Source: Pavona decussata
Lineage: Eukaryota
Direction of reading: 5' to 3'
DNA: 64,000 bases
Assembly (NCBI GenBank): GCA_977016875.1
Contig: CDRNST010000091.1
Coordinates: 558,001 to 622,000 of the forward strand
In this document: positions 62,539 to 64,000 of the stretch, piece after piece
Numbering within the stretch: position 1 is the first letter of the stretch
How the letters are laid out: each line of letters opens with the position of its first letter
Made by a program: the position numbers and the translations under genes
The notes under the pieces: model-generated
Databases searched by the model: none
What the model was told of the DNA's origin: nothing
What the model saw: only the letters and a program-made list of their open reading frames with translations

Positions 62539-62718
62539 CAACCTATGCGTATGATATAAGTATTATAAAGGAAATAAAGGGAGATGCAAAGAATCGACCA
62601 TAAGAGGACACAGAGCGACACGGAGGGTCGTGGGTTCGAATCCCATCTGGGGCTCCGATTTTTTTCTGTCCCCTTATGCTCAATTCTTTACCTCTCCCTT
62701 TATTTACTTTATAATACC
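62539..62718 (+). mobile_element. 180-bp fold-back insertion enclosing a tRNA T-arm (B-box) fragment
   Basis: 8-bp TSD taattaat; ~55-bp inverted arms; loop ggtcgtgggttcgaatcccatctgggg followed by T7; empty site at ~5555. Confidence 0.8.
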
Positions 62719-62805
62719 TAATTAATGACGCGGAAATTAACGTTTACAAAATTAACGCGACTTAATTAACGTGAATTTTTAAAATTCGCGTTAATTTCCT
62801 ATAAT

Positions 62806-64000
62806 AGACCCATTTCAGATGTGACGTCACGTCACGTGCCTTTGCGAACTGGAGGACAAGCTTGTAAACAAATCGCACGTGTGTCTGAAAAGCGAGTGGA
62901 AAATATTGTTGATTTATTTGCGTTATGGTGAACTTCTGTGCGGTTTTTGGCTGCTCCAATCGTGCGAACAGAGAAAAGAACAAAGGCTATTACCGTCTTC
63001 CCGCGATCGTGCAAAGATCGAATGTAAAAAAACAAGCTTTGAGCGTCGAACGTCGAGCGACTTGGCTCGCGAGGATTCGAAAGGGAAGATCTTGCCGCTG
63101 ATCCTGGCGAATTTGTAAGAGTTTGTGGTGACCATTTCATATCAGGTAAGTAGCGCACTGCATGCTTTAGTATTACGGTCTCGAAGTATAATGATCGCTT
63201 TCTTGTTGCTTTCGTAAAACATAGGGACAAGTTATTGATACTGAACACGTGCACGTGTTCCCTTCATACACGTTTGGCTTCGTTCTGGTTTTGTCCTGAC
63301 AGAAGTTTTTCGTTATCTCATTTTCGTAGGTAAACCTTCTTCGATTTACGAAACAACCAGCCCAGATTGGGCACCCAGTCAGAAGCTTGGGTATAATTAC
63401 CATGGAGTGTCAGCATCAAGCCAGAAAAGACATGAACGATCGAAGGAAAGGGTTGAAAAGCGAAGAAGGAGTGACTGTGCTAGTGCCCTACTGGAACTGT
63501 TCAATCAGTCCACTGAAGAGAAATCGCATTTAAATGCTTCAAGCCCATCTGATGTTGAGGAGTCCAGGAGCAAAGACTGCCAAACGGAAGTTACAAACGA
63601 GTACATAGCTGGATTGGAGAAGGAAAATTCATTCCTCAAGGAACAGTTAAAGTTAAACTCACTGAATGAAGATTCATTTAGAGAGGACAATGACAAGGTT
63701 TTGTTTTACACTGGCCTTCCAAATTGGTCACTGTTGCTGTGTATATTTAATTTTGTAAATAATTCAACTCTTGAATTCAAATCATCCAAAGGGATTTTAA
63801 GTCCTTTTCAGAAATTGTTGTTGGCTTTAATTCGCATGAGGTTGAATTTGTCAGGGAGGGACTTAGGGTACAGGTTTGGGGGTATCAGTGAGGCGACTGT
63901 ATCCCGTACATTTCTTCAGGTGGTTGATGCTCTTTATATCAGGCTCAAACCTTTGATCATCTGGCCTGATAGGGATGCTCTTCGCAAAACCCTTCCAATG
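62806..64000 (+). mobile_element. ISL2EU/Harbinger-superfamily DNA transposon, left part
   Basis: Begins AT|agacccatttcagatgtgacgtcac where unit homology ends; encodes a THAP plus HTH transposase N-terminus. Confidence 0.8.
62925..64000 (+). pseudogene. THAP-HTH-(DDE) transposase; exons 62925-63145 and 63330-64000+; 1-bp frameshift at ~63081
   Basis: [12 protein letters not shown]...YYRLP...WLARIR / REDL...[10 protein letters not shown]|gtaag...ttcgtag|[16 protein letters not shown]...FYTGLPNW...[27 protein letters not shown]...IIWPDR. Confidence 0.88.

Noticed and set aside
62615-62660. tRNA gene
   Set aside because: Only the T-arm/B-box is present; no D-arm, anticodon arm or acceptor stem

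Overview
Eukaryotic, AT-rich DNA, most likely from a stony coral or another anthozoan (inferred from the domain architecture and repeat content). The window is a tandem array of a ~25-30 kb unit. Each unit carries a minus-strand, 6-exon NOD-like receptor gene: an N-terminal GT-B/GT4 (Glycos_transf_1-type) glycosyltransferase, a two-exon linker with a bipartite NLS-like motif, a NACHT NTPase and atypical C-terminal LRR-like repeats. Two complete copies splice by hand with consistent intron phases: gene A (14836-32004, 1709 aa) and gene B (38718-57550, 1666 aa). The promoter and first exon of a third copy (C) lie at ~1.5 kb. All copies start with a short uORF split by an intron. Intron 2 of A and B holds a ~3 kb, 80-bp G-rich satellite with TAGCT/GGGGT motifs, with fold-back inversions in A. 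A and B form a patchwork of near-identical and strongly diverged blocks. The rest is transposon-derived: a decayed BEL/Pao LTR element (5617-11199), a Penelope 3' remnant with a hammerhead-like motif, about 15 MITE/TIR elements (many with clean TSDs and an empty site in a sister unit), and the start of an ISL2EU/Harbinger-type THAP transposase at the right edge.
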